From positions 1 to 64,000 of the IMG/VR virus record IMGVR_UViG_3300042924_003416: 64,000 nt of DNA; one strand, written 5' to 3'. A program made the translations under genes and the position numbers. Under the pieces are notes generated by a model. That model saw only the letters and a program-made list of their open reading frames with translations, was not told the DNA's origin and ran no database searches. Positions 57,101-64,000 of this stretch are shown one piece after another. Within the stretch, counting starts at the first letter, position 1; each line of letters opens with the position of its first letter. Source of the DNA: a virus.

Positions 57101-58267
57101 ATACAAAACTATCCTGAACTAGCTAAAAATTATCCTATTATAGGTAAATTAAAACTTGATTCAACTAAAGAGAATGATGCATTTAATATATTACTTGCTG
57201 ATAAAGACTTTGATAATGATAAATCAAATCTTTATACACAAGATTTAAAAAAACTTTCTGATAGAACAGTTGTAAAATTAACTGACCCAGAAGAAAATGC
57301 TAGACTAAGTGACATGTTTAAATACTTAAACACTTTTGCTTTTTTACAAACCGGATTAAACAAGACTAAGTTAAGCTTTACTAATGTAGTGGACTATACA
57401 GACTTTTTATCTATTGTAGAAGGTGAGTCTAGTAAGTTTATTGAAGCTTTAAATAAAAAAGGATTTACACTTTTAGATAATTTCTATGATCAATTCATAA
57501 GAGAGAATAATAAAAAAATTAGTCCAAATAGAGATCGATTTAAAGATTATTTATCTACTATTGATTATGAAAATGTAGAAAGAATACTTCCTGTAGAAAA
57601 TCCTACTATAAAGAAAGATAGAAATGCTGAATCAGATGTAGAAGAAGTTATTTTAGATTCTACTAATCAAGATACAATAGCTGAAGTAAAAAGATTTAAT
57701 CTTAAGAATACAGATGATCCTAATGTTTATACTTACAATGATAAGAATGCTACAAATGCAACTTACTATTTAAATCTTGGTAAAAATAATCCTGATGTTG
57801 TCTTTGTACATAACATAAGTATTTATGAAATTAAACCGGAACAAATTGCTGCAGGTAGAAATCTTGGAGGTTCTGCTTACTTTATGACAGAAGTAGGAGA
57901 TATGTCAGTTAATTTCCCAACTGATTTATTTGCAAGTGTTGTTAATGGTAGAAAGATAGACATTGCATCAGATCAATATCAAACACTTAAAAATATTTGG
58001 GAGAAAAGAATTAATATACTTAAACAAATTCAAGAAAAAGGTGGTAAACTTGCATTTCCTGAGTATGGTTTTGGTGATCCTAACACCATGCCTCAAGAAT
58101 TATTCGTATATTTAAGTAAGAGATTGTTTGAAGAGTTTGGATATATCAATCCTGGTTCTACAAAATATAACCAGGTAAGAGAAATGATAATAAAAACTCA
58201 AGGAATCTCTGATGAAGAAATAGAAATGCAATTAGAATTAGAAGAAGACCCTTTTAAATGTTCATAA
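48113..58267 (+). CDS. Virion-associated double-psi-barrel RNA polymerase (crAss/phi14:2 gp66-like) with zincin-like domain, 3384 aa
   Basis: Catalytic GGDFDIDK (55142-55156), plus RIPVQ, ADGQG, FHKFS and FESGSKV. HEAWH...EEDLAE at 50621 onward. Confidence 0.88.
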   Translation: MACKLDKDQVLDLYEALYGEVADRLKDSSLPPVDLNQLVQSAYAVVKLNSEDQVKAMLYAQAVPDVFHLVTQDTEVNDYLVDNNFDFTGLAKMRKQFADLAEVGKTVATKKKSKDEIDSEIKDTNKTKKDFVPKIDIDNETLWSYNEYNGAKVTSAWTTSIQIAYSENPEEVSEEDRNKIDPEKILFSDVIKAISQISKDRVGTEDIQYQGKTIALTAQLTRSVPKELLVQNDRDHLEKYPNTNGVIAILTDEKGNNLYFKPDGSLTDNPSEGRIVYQYLRRVNLVDGKLLLSNRSNRLYNLVDPVKIAERQRDQIVEAKGEVTETQFKQLVKDIAARQEKELNDLYQLRTLLESSEQNLQLTLPITGGTFGIPTTSVKTVTLEEAGVTETDLKSYTPITTGEKKGLQYIIVNKQKAGGLTVSQQLFLQRSDIDPELADKIATILTTTVELKGRQLSPDERKSYFEIFINNARAKKSNTNRDRIQAKVLTINNQKTLVVEINGKKIDDAILYTEEGKQMILNHLLAARPKKVSKGKEEGSNGYWPANVQYNNKYRNTTFTDYTIEDGKIISTSRKYFDVIKPYVKITYTDEVLAQEKGINAYLNYVIPEGTIEYEGYIPVGRPKPKAEPEKKTKKDKEETKKAPKKQARTKPVTTGASKEVSAYEISMKKQIKDAGGKVEGYKTRMKVADLAEAVGLTEKQITEFRSIALEATADTKTTVKPEPLTAPEVKEVNIQSNPSTRITLVDDIINGSSNSAFYKRDKLNRDKLRNKFLDKVFTSKSDRAAAEKWWNNSPLSKFISLERITEVVNSDAFATWSGYGITLYEADGGTSVDLYHEAWHGFSQLLLTKDEKVKLYEEIQSLPKYKGKSFFDIEEDLAEEFRGYAKSKGKKATRGFLGKIFDKIYQFIQKLFGKTTKKEVATKLQDIESVKELFDKLYRASENPEILSNLKPSMDNVMFGKLNRSKVINDNFTLEESKEIADAIDSMMAVIFQNYNRDFNTTSAALKLLKDPENKKDLYKDIYDRFERLRIKYAEEAEKNIDLIIDPQFSKEFELLIKITDNFGNLTDSLSGKEKNNVIAYHLEKSRYKVLADEYDEIEDPSNIEKSYLFRLNEGGNTVSSKELASQETMMLLASIFDVTRENGEIIYNRDGLFGLPKLQDITITWNRLAKILEGSFDEIDMYVRIFENSENYPELQQLQTLLPNPFFTIESAMGMYNPLEFEAETNFWQDFKKPRVPFIQLNLNKEEIKSKDVLVRAFEARVAKANFDVYQVIQDWKNNFTTADSTVNPYVSKHSKLGYNILNTGKIVKDFGVNGVFNYKKADEFLRAIGIVLDPSSAAIRSIINSTSEPFGTTFGVDRMYEVIKKVNKSTSPDAFQFKRDPLTYFINGLPTSLRDNEEESEEVRGRIRALAEIQNAFSDSYSNFSVQTPEGNRVWEHMVDNTITRIVTAINHAESWEELTTDEGDPARRFQHMRWLNEKNNTFSPFSKLLNSIFDLDPMSDTYGQKITDTKILLQHVAGTQMVSKRNEGGTSTAAMDATSKFLQEFHTMLLSGVEEFMRHASKNTSMGMTLDGEVKTYNGKKASKLYIDVESFLEYADGEIKGYDIVEGYIAAEANRIVRFQQGIDKFKNYAGYNRKVKRKDNKKTPVMAGQAFTAFDDILSQDLQADLYSILDAASENPLTDFDLMKELDNNPEIRNRIRKDVAQYFNLETNKNLARLQKAKYVDNGLMERIRVTNEDLTDKDIERALMKAYTYNSFIHKMETVILAYGDLAQYNHAKEEFHKRNAGLGSGGRGFRADKRAQIYLSSLKNYYADRQGYETRNYDGTLVTAIMKEMTFNSVMYNEYRDAIEEATYERTKDRKKAKQIADTAASEYFGSNKPQMKIADGQGFITMEYYRILKKAEGNWSDQQELLYRKISMGENITAENVVEFFPPYKLQYFGNIQSEGLPVNSFHKFSLAPLIPGVWKSGTPIYDLHEKMMKDQVDYVLFESGSKVSHIGNGDNMLNEDGSLNKKAEFTKNIVYAEFLKNQTEINSTYKQKSIFSTQLRKLILEGLYAQGSIKSTKYKDITNTRVKKYIDHVEEYTELLKLELLEEMGYEETSPGEYKAKDKSSTAKLINIIRTNLEREDLLSDNLIEFIDVYDNSGDLVHDLSFHPEAAKIEKLLLSMINKRIIKQKVAGEPLVQVSVGLTANQFSKPDLKKATKDEIKKWASTTYTLPTYHRKSNGYTAAAKVMIAMQGTYYNLFNLEYDNDETVGVYDESGVLNMDESLARLNEKIKDDKWLDANNEANRKAITLVGVRIPVQGLNSMEFAEVFEFLPPQAGNIIVPPAEIVAKSGGDFDIDKLTIFMNTLDEDGKVIERQYKDNNDIKKLRGTDEFENAVKAQKAGLENELIQDIKNILELPENYASLIMPNGTFILKEIAEKLSADVMEYNPKENRMTDDTGEISPTRVLESLYNVYKHESNIVGKKTLGLGAIENTFNVIMNTIGAYMPDTYVIKEVTRKSNMRLRHNKMERRGKEVISMSDLYDVDGTNKISDVISQMINGWVDVEKDAWIFFIQGNYEVAPTLLYLIKAGVPVKEAIYFVSNPLVREYVDEQRLAKSTFADVLNKKPDGPGLAKYKAASEVIKKYFTKDELAGNSKNDDRYLKGQELLEDYFKDKKQKHFTEENMLNLIQTDDRKSNMAKAMFLHYLELEQQIAGYTALKMASNPDTATKSTLSDVEQTEANIENLFFDPRVPLEIVEAMMEDSILKSFFNGPLALAVSRPLFKLRYHKEISEYLIARKGQINNDLQTTFPGQNIEMFSNIFRNDLVSFILQNAIRKYKKQDGFMSLDMETTIPVSMAKELKRGAFVKNGTLYMDMKQIKKEFKDSAWVRNSEVENSYKDRELYELDPSTFMNHYGANFDEYLKFVAEREYIRYIKPLNTEFTNSFEFQEELDSTKELFPDLTNEKAVRYTYEKLIAIKALDNSYNFFHLFRDDDNSFSVRLSKLIQNYPELAKNYPIIGKLKLDSTKENDAFNILLADKDFDNDKSNLYTQDLKKLSDRTVVKLTDPEENARLSDMFKYLNTFAFLQTGLNKTKLSFTNVVDYTDFLSIVEGESSKFIEALNKKGFTLLDNFYDQFIRENNKKISPNRDRFKDYLSTIDYENVERILPVENPTIKKDRNAESDVEEVILDSTNQDTIAEVKRFNLKNTDDPNVYTYNDKNATNATYYLNLGKNNPDVVFVHNISIYEIKPEQIAAGRNLGGSAYFMTEVGDMSVNFPTDLFASVVNGRKIDIASDQYQTLKNIWEKRINILKQIQEKGGKLAFPEYGFGDPNTMPQELFVYLSKRLFEEFGYINPGSTKYNQVREMIIKTQGISDEEIEMQLELEEDPFKCS

Positions 58268-58268
58268 T

Positions 58269-61200
58269 ATGGTTTGCCAAGTACAATTAAATTCAATAAA
58301 GTTTTTAGAAAAAAATGGAGCTACAGATGATATAAGAAGAATTATCAATGAAGATCTGTTTAATAAATTAAATGATAGCCTTACTGATAAGGCAGAAAGA
58401 ATATATGGTCTTGAAACTAATGGTAGTAAACTTTTTAGTGTAAATACTTCTGAACATATTGATCCATATAGATCAACCTACTGGAGAGATGCTAAGGTTA
58501 GAGTACTAAGAGCTGAACCTAATGTAAAACTTTTTGAAAGACTTCAGGAACTTTTTAATGCACGTAATGACAAACCGATGTTTATGAAAGCTCCAGAAGT
58601 GGATTATTCATTAAAGATTGTTAATGCTTTAAATAAAATTAATAGAAATAAATTTGAATCTTCAAAATTACAAGGTTGGTTAAATGATCTTCAGAAACAA
58701 GGAGTATCTGCTCAACAATTAGAACTTTTTAAAGAAGTAGCTAAACCAGGTATGACTAAAGATGAAATAGCTGCTGCTATTGCTGCTACTTATAGTTATA
58801 CTATTGAGATTAATACTGCTAAAACACCAAAAGTAGGTGAAAAATTTTTAGATAGAGAATATGGTTATGAATTAGAAGTGACAGAAGAAACTTTACAAAA
58901 TCAAATTAATGATGGTTTTGTAGATAATAATTTAAATACTCAATATTATTCTAATCTAACAGTTCCCGGAGGTACTAACTATACAGAACAAGAAATAGCT
59001 ACACCAGCAATTACACCAAGTATTAAAGGACATGCTCAGTTTGCTACAGATAAAGGTATAGGTTGGTTTAGAAGTGATGAGCAATCTATTAAAGAAACTG
59101 GTCCTATTAAATATTTTGTAGAAAATGCATTTGAAGATATACAATCTGAGTTATTTACTAATATAGAAGAAGCTAAAAAATTACAAAAAAAATGGTCACA
59201 AGATTATCCTGAATTAAAATTTGAAATAGTAAAATCTTCAACATATATTTCTATATTATCAAAAACCCGTAGAGTACTAGAAGTACAATCTGATTTGTTT
59301 CAGAAAGGTAGAGATAGAGAAAATTTAATAGAAGATAAAAACATGTCTTCTAACATAACAGATTCTAATAAAGAAGAATTTGAAGTTGCAAAAAGATTAG
59401 GAATTGAAGAAGAAGATGAAGAAGGAAATTTATCATATACTTATAAAGGTGTAAATTATTTTCAAGACATCTTTACAGATAACTATTTAAAATATGGATT
59501 ACCTAGTTCTAATACAAAAGGAAACCAATTCCTACAACTACTAAACAAAGACAATAACTGGATTAATTTCTTTACTAAGTCTATTATACAAGATAGTGCT
59601 AAGAAAGGATATGAAAAAGTATTGTTTCCTTCTGGTAATACAGCTAGTAAAGTAGAAGGACACACTACTTTAGAAGAGTTTAAAAAACAAAAAGAGGATA
59701 GAATTAGATTTTTAGATGGTGAAATTAATGACCCTGAAAATATAGAAAGAAGAATTGAAGAAGCTAAAAAAGAAAAAGAACAGGTTAAACAAGAACTTGA
59801 AAGAGTAGAGAGAGAAGGTTTTGGTGCTTTAAAACCTATCTATAACTTCTATGAAAATACTGTAACTAATATTCTTAAAAAACAAGGCTATAGTCCTAAA
59901 AAAATTACAGATGAGTATGGTAATACTTGGAATGAAATTACTATAGATCAAACAAGAGATACATCTCCTATAGCTTTTATGAGAGAAAATGTAAACCCTG
60001 CTCTTCAAGAGATCAACGGAGTTCTTTTTATGGATGTAAATCTAGATCAATTACAAGATCAAAGATCAAAAGAAATTGCTGAAGTACTTGCTCAAAGATT
60101 ATCACTTAGTACTAATACACAGTTTAGAAATGTATCAGCTGAAGAGGCTGCAAATATTTTAAAGAACCGACCTGTTAAGTATAACGGAGAACCAGCATTT
60201 TACTATGCAGGAACAGTTTATGTAGTAGGAGAAAATATTAATGTGAGGACTGTACTACATGAATTCTCACATCCGGTCTTGAATGCATTAAGACAGACCA
60301 ACAACATCCTATTTCAGAATCTCTATAATCAAGCACTTGCTACTGAAGAAGGTCAGGGTATCTATTACTATGTAGTAAACAACTATCCAGAACTAGAAGA
60401 AAACTCAGATCTATTCAAAGAGGAAGTACTTGCTTATGCAATGCAGTTAAAAGCACTCAACAGAATCAACAATGACATTGAGACAGAAGGGTATCAAAAC
60501 TTCATGAATAAACTTCTTGCTGCTATCAAACAACTACTTAGAAAACTATTTGGTAGTAAAATAGATGTAGCTAAGTTAGATGTAGATACTTCATTAGAGG
60601 AGATGGCAGATATGCTCTTGGATAAAGACTTTGAATTCAAGACAGATAGAATAAATGAAGAAGACCTTGCAATGTTTTCCAGGGAAGTTGTTGAAAGGGC
60701 TCGTGAACTAAACAAGTTTTCTAATAAGGAGTCTATGCAGAAAGTTGTTAAAAGTACTTTTGAAACAACTAGAAGAGTACTCTCTGAAGCTGAAGGATTT
60801 AAAGGAGATAAAGCATCTAGAAAATTATTAAGAGAATCTTTATTTGAAAAAGGTACTAATAGATACATCCGTGAAGTCTTAAGAACATTAAGAGACAACT
60901 TAGATAGTAATATTGAAGACCAAGCTCAAAATCAACTCATACAAAATGCATTAGATACTGCTAGAGAAGAAATGGATGTGGATTTAGAAAGAGCAACGGC
61001 ACTGGTAAATTCATTGGATACAATCAATAGCATGACTAAGAACATGTTATTAGATATATCTAAACTTAGTGGAACTAATATCAATAACAGAAGTACTATT
61101 GCACTATTGATGCTTTACAAATCTAATTCAAAAGCCTGGTTAAAAATGGTTCAAGAAATAGATGAGGCATTGACATCTGAAGGTGGTTTTGTGGATACTA

Positions 61201-64000
61201 ATAATCCTTTCTATAAAACTTTAAATGAAATAGTATTAAACATCACAAGAGTCAATACTAACATTGCAAATATTCTTAAGAATAACAATGTTCAGTTTTA
61301 TGTAGAGATTACGGGATACATGTCCAAGTATGTTCAAGATAGACTTAAGGGTAACTTAGGTATAGCACTGAAACAAACTTTTCCAACAGAACAATTAGAA
61401 CGTGAGGTAAATGACCTATATGACAAAGTAGTTCAACAAAAACTTACTGAAGATGATATAGATGCATTGGTAAAGAAAGGTGTTCCTGAAAATGTTCTAA
61501 CAGGCTTTTTAAAAGAATATAAAGAACTTGTTGTTGATGAAGATAAAATCAAAGCTGCTCTTACTGGAGGAGCTCATGATGTTACTTGGTTTAATAGATG
61601 GTTGGAAAGTTATAGCTCTAGTAATGATGTTATAGTGGGACCATTAGCAATGTTTATTCAAAATGAAAAGACCCAGGTACAGAATCTTGTTTGGGAACAG
61701 TCTATGAAGTTTAGAAATAAACTTGAGAAACTTTTACCTAAAGTAGGATTTAGTAAACTTAATTCCGTTGCAATGAGAGAGAGAATGGGATTTAAGGATA
61801 AAATATTCTACATGGATAAGAAGACAGGAAAACCTGTTGAAAAAGAAATTTGGAGTTATTTAGGTGCATTTAAAGATTATAGATATCACTATGATTTATT
61901 AGACTATAACTTAGAAGAAGCAAAGAAAACTGAAGATGTCAATAAAATTGCTCAAGCTCAGATGGAGTTTGATGAATTCAAAAGAGACTACATGTGGCAG
62001 GAGTTTGTTCCTGAGTTCTATGAGAAAGATGATATCTTTAAACAGTCTGAGGTAGGTCAATTAGCATACTATGTAAGGAAACAAAAACTGCAGGCTTTTA
62101 ATAACTTGGTTAACTCCATGGAAAATGAGCTTGAAAGATTTGAGAAGTACTCAACTATACAAGCTGCATTTAGAGAGTTCCAACAGTTATATTCTCTTAC
62201 CTATGAAGATGGTACTCCTAAAATTGATGATCCGGCCAGAGGTGTTTATGATTTAAGTATTGCAAAAGTATTGCAAGAACATAGAGCAGCTACAAAAGGG
62301 TTCTACGAATGGAGACCAATTGAGGGTATGTTACAAAGTGCTTACAATGAATTTATAGATTTACTTGCAACAAAACAAATTTTTCCTGGATCCGGAGAAT
62401 TTAAAAGAGAACTTGAAAAATGGAGAAGACAAAACCTTAGAATGGAGTATAACCAAGAATATTGGGACTCTAGAGTTGCTTTAACAACTGAACTAAGGGA
62501 ACTTCAAGCAAAAATGAATGAAGTTGCAAATTCTAGATTTGATGTTGCTGCAGCATTTCAAACCATAAATGACTTAATATATAGCTATCGGGATGAACAA
62601 GGTGAACCTGATAGTAATGCAATGGGTAAAACAAGACTTGAAAGAATTAAAGATGCAGAACAAGCTATTGCAGACTTTAAGTTTCAGTATGATATATCCA
62701 CAGGTCTTTCTAAAGAAGATTCTGAGGAGTTAAAAAATCTACAGTATAAAGCAAGAAAAGGTTTACTACAAGCTGGTTCTCCAGAATCTAAAAGATATTT
62801 CTATCTATTAGAACTGCAAGAAAAAGAAGGTATTAATCCTGCAGATGCAGCAAGAATTCAAGAGATATTTACTGAGTTATCACAATTAACTGAAAATCTT
62901 CCTACTGTATATTACATAGAGACATTAAACTATAATCTCTCTAAACAAAATATAAAAGAAGTTGATGAAGATGACGTTGATAATTTTATAAATTCAGATG
63001 AGTTCCAAGACATGCTGGATGCTGATGAAGGATTTAAAGAATGGTTTAATCTTAATCATTATACAATAAATGTATATGATGAAAAATCAAGAAGTTACAT
63101 ACCTAGATATAAAAGAACAAAAGCAAATACTGTTGCTATACCAAAAGATTCTTCTCAAATAAAATATACTAGAATATTAAATAGAGAAGGTAATGAGGTT
63201 TTACTTATGGGTGCTCCTAATGCTAGACACTCTAGATATGAAGTAAAAGATCAGTATAGAACTATTCCTTTTGGAGCTGCTAAAGAAGATTATGTAGGTA
63301 AGTTTATTGATAATAAAAATCAATGGCTACCAAGGATGTATCAACCTGGACAAAAATATAGTGCTAAGGATAACAGGTTCATGAATGAAAGATACTTTCA
63401 GATGCAAGCTAGTAATTCTGCAGAGTTTCAACTATTAGAAGCCATTAAAGAATATCATCTACAGAATCAGAAAGGTATGAGTAACTATAGTAAACTCTAT
63501 CTTGATATGCCTAGATATGCTCTTAGAAAAGGGGACATTTATCAGTCATTACAAAAAGCAAATTATGGTTCTAGGTTTTCTGAAATAGGAAGTAATATTC
63601 AAGAGTGGACTAAGCAGTTAATTGGTAGATCAGTTACTGATTCTGAAAGAACTTCAGATAAGTATTCTATTTCTAATGAAAATAATTATGATCCAAATAA
63701 TAACTTAGTTAATACAGATCTTGACGGTAATCAAATTACTTATGTTCCTGTATCAGGTATTTATAATCTTGATATAGAAAATCAAGATGCTGATATCTTC
63801 CAGGGATTATTTAAATATGCATTAAGTATTCAGACACAAGGAAAACTTTTAGAGAGTTTACCTCTTGTTAACTCTATACTAGATACATTAGAAGATCCTG
63901 ACAATGCTCCAAAAGATTTAGAAAAATTTGATAAGAATATTTATAGTCTAAAAGGGGCCCTAACTTTTGCAAAGAAAAAATTCTCAACTAATAACCGTCT
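58269..64000 (+). CDS. Giant polyvalent cargo protein, over 1900 aa, truncated by window end
   Basis: Absent from the ORF track, consistent with having no stop in the window. ATG lies 1 nt after the RNAP stop and the same frame is open wherever I checked, including the last line. Contains a PGGTNY/EVQSD domain and an in-frame HEFSH (60258-60272). Confidence 0.8.
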   Translation, partial: MVCQVQLNSIKFLEKNGATDDIRRIINEDLFNKLNDSLTDKAERIYGLETNGSKLFSVNTSEHIDPYRSTYWRDAKVRVLRAEPNVKLFERLQELFNARNDKPMFMKAPEVDYSLKIVNALNKINRNKFESSKLQGWLNDLQKQGVSAQQLELFKEVAKPGMTKDEIAAAIAATYSYTIEINTAKTPKVGEKFLDREYGYELEVTEETLQNQINDGFVDNNLNTQYYSNLTVPGGTNYTEQEIATPAITPSIKGHAQFATDKGIGWFRSDEQSIKETGPIKYFVENAFEDIQSELFTNIEEAKKLQKKWSQDYPELKFEIVKSSTYISILSKTRRVLEVQSDLFQKGRDRENLIEDKNMSSNITDSNKEEFEVAKRLGIEEEDEEGNLSYTYKGVNYFQDIFTDNYLKYGLPSSNTKGNQFLQLLNKDNNWINFFTKSIIQDSAKKGYEKVLFPSGNTASKVEGHTTLEEFKKQKEDRIRFLDGEINDPENIERRIEEAKKEKEQVKQELERVEREGFGALKPIYNFYENTVTNILKKQGYSPKKITDEYGNTWNEITIDQTRDTSPIAFMRENVNPALQEINGVLFMDVNLDQLQDQRSKEIAEVLAQRLSLSTNTQFRNVSAEEAANILKNRPVKYNGEPAFYYAGTVYVVGENINVRTVLHEFSHPVLNALRQTNNILFQNLYNQALATEEGQGIYYYVVNNYPELEENSDLFKEEVLAYAMQLKALNRINNDIETEGYQNFMNKLLAAIKQLLRKLFGSKIDVAKLDVDTSLEEMADMLLDKDFEFKTDRINEEDLAMFSREVVERARELNKFSNKESMQKVVKSTFETTRRVLSEAEGFKGDKASRKLLRESLFEKGTNRYIREVLRTLRDNLDSNIEDQAQNQLIQNALDTAREEMDVDLERATALVNSLDTINSMTKNMLLDISKLSGTNINNRSTIALLMLYKSNSKAWLKMVQEIDEALTSEGGFVDTNNPFYKTLNEIVLNITRVNTNIANILKNNNVQFYVEITGYMSKYVQDRLKGNLGIALKQTFPTEQLEREVNDLYDKVVQQKLTEDDIDALVKKGVPENVLTGFLKEYKELVVDEDKIKAALTGGAHDVTWFNRWLESYSSSNDVIVGPLAMFIQNEKTQVQNLVWEQSMKFRNKLEKLLPKVGFSKLNSVAMRERMGFKDKIFYMDKKTGKPVEKEIWSYLGAFKDYRYHYDLLDYNLEEAKKTEDVNKIAQAQMEFDEFKRDYMWQEFVPEFYEKDDIFKQSEVGQLAYYVRKQKLQAFNNLVNSMENELERFEKYSTIQAAFREFQQLYSLTYEDGTPKIDDPARGVYDLSIAKVLQEHRAATKGFYEWRPIEGMLQSAYNEFIDLLATKQIFPGSGEFKRELEKWRRQNLRMEYNQEYWDSRVALTTELRELQAKMNEVANSRFDVAAAFQTINDLIYSYRDEQGEPDSNAMGKTRLERIKDAEQAIADFKFQYDISTGLSKEDSEELKNLQYKARKGLLQAGSPESKRYFYLLELQEKEGINPADAARIQEIFTELSQLTENLPTVYYIETLNYNLSKQNIKEVDEDDVDNFINSDEFQDMLDADEGFKEWFNLNHYTINVYDEKSRSYIPRYKRTKANTVAIPKDSSQIKYTRILNREGNEVLLMGAPNARHSRYEVKDQYRTIPFGAAKEDYVGKFIDNKNQWLPRMYQPGQKYSAKDNRFMNERYFQMQASNSAEFQLLEAIKEYHLQNQKGMSNYSKLYLDMPRYALRKGDIYQSLQKANYGSRFSEIGSNIQEWTKQLIGRSVTDSERTSDKYSISNENNYDPNNNLVNTDLDGNQITYVPVSGIYNLDIENQDADIFQGLFKYALSIQTQGKLLESLPLVNSILDTLEDPDNAPKDLEKFDKNIYSLKGALTFAKKKFSTNNR

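Noticed and set aside
973-60898. Short minus-strand and alternative-frame ORFs in the track (60-134 aa)
   Set aside because: Essentially all lie within or overlap long + strand genes, have shadow-like composition, and lack motifs or expression signals.
1-64000. Stop-codon reassignment (TAG or TGA), as found in some crAss-like phages
   Set aside because: ORFs up to 10 kb are open in code 11, and TAG/TGA stops are followed by out-of-frame ATG starts of the next gene.
1-64000. CRISPR array, tRNA/rRNA genes, IS elements, DGR
   Set aside because: Intergenic gaps are under about 115 nt and are explained by terminators or promoters. I saw no regularly spaced DNA repeats, cloverleafs, transposase or reverse transcriptase.
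40639-64000. Introns or inteins in the giant genes
   Set aside because: Reading frames are continuous and I saw no internal Cys-start/HN-end Hint motifs or homing-endonuclease motifs. A degenerate element cannot be fully excluded without HMMs.

Overview
The window is an AT-rich, CpG-poor, gene-dense segment coded entirely on the + strand in standard code 11. It reads as the virion module of a large crAss-like (Crassvirales-related) podovirus, most likely infecting Bacteroidetes: there are no Shine-Dalgarno sites, leaders are A-rich, and one fibre gene carries a SprB-like repeat. Gene order is: major capsid C-terminus, conserved post-capsid gene, a cluster of small Lys-rich proteins, ring protein, ferritin, auxiliary capsid/hub and very Cys-rich fibre genes, IHF/HU-like gene, ring and tail-tubular genes, an 1851-aa muzzle (tail stabilisation) gene, and a train of eight giant putative ejected cargo genes. 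The cargo genes include a 3384-aa virion RNA polymerase (DFDID) and an ORF of over 1900 aa that runs off the window. The most striking unexplained structure lies in the cargo train and has three parts. (i) About 50 copies (counted by eye) of a short [hydrophobic]-x-x-G-G / K-A-Q-x-G peptide punctuate four cargo proteins and four small basic proteins, and they bracket discrete cassettes including a SET lysine-methyltransferase domain and a beta-barrel-like domain. (ii) Consecutive cargo proteins carry matching C-terminal and N-terminal mini-modules. (iii) The last three giant proteins have Cys only at their facing termini. Together these suggest a modular, processed and possibly chained cargo system. 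All family calls come from motif recognition and synteny; no database search was run.
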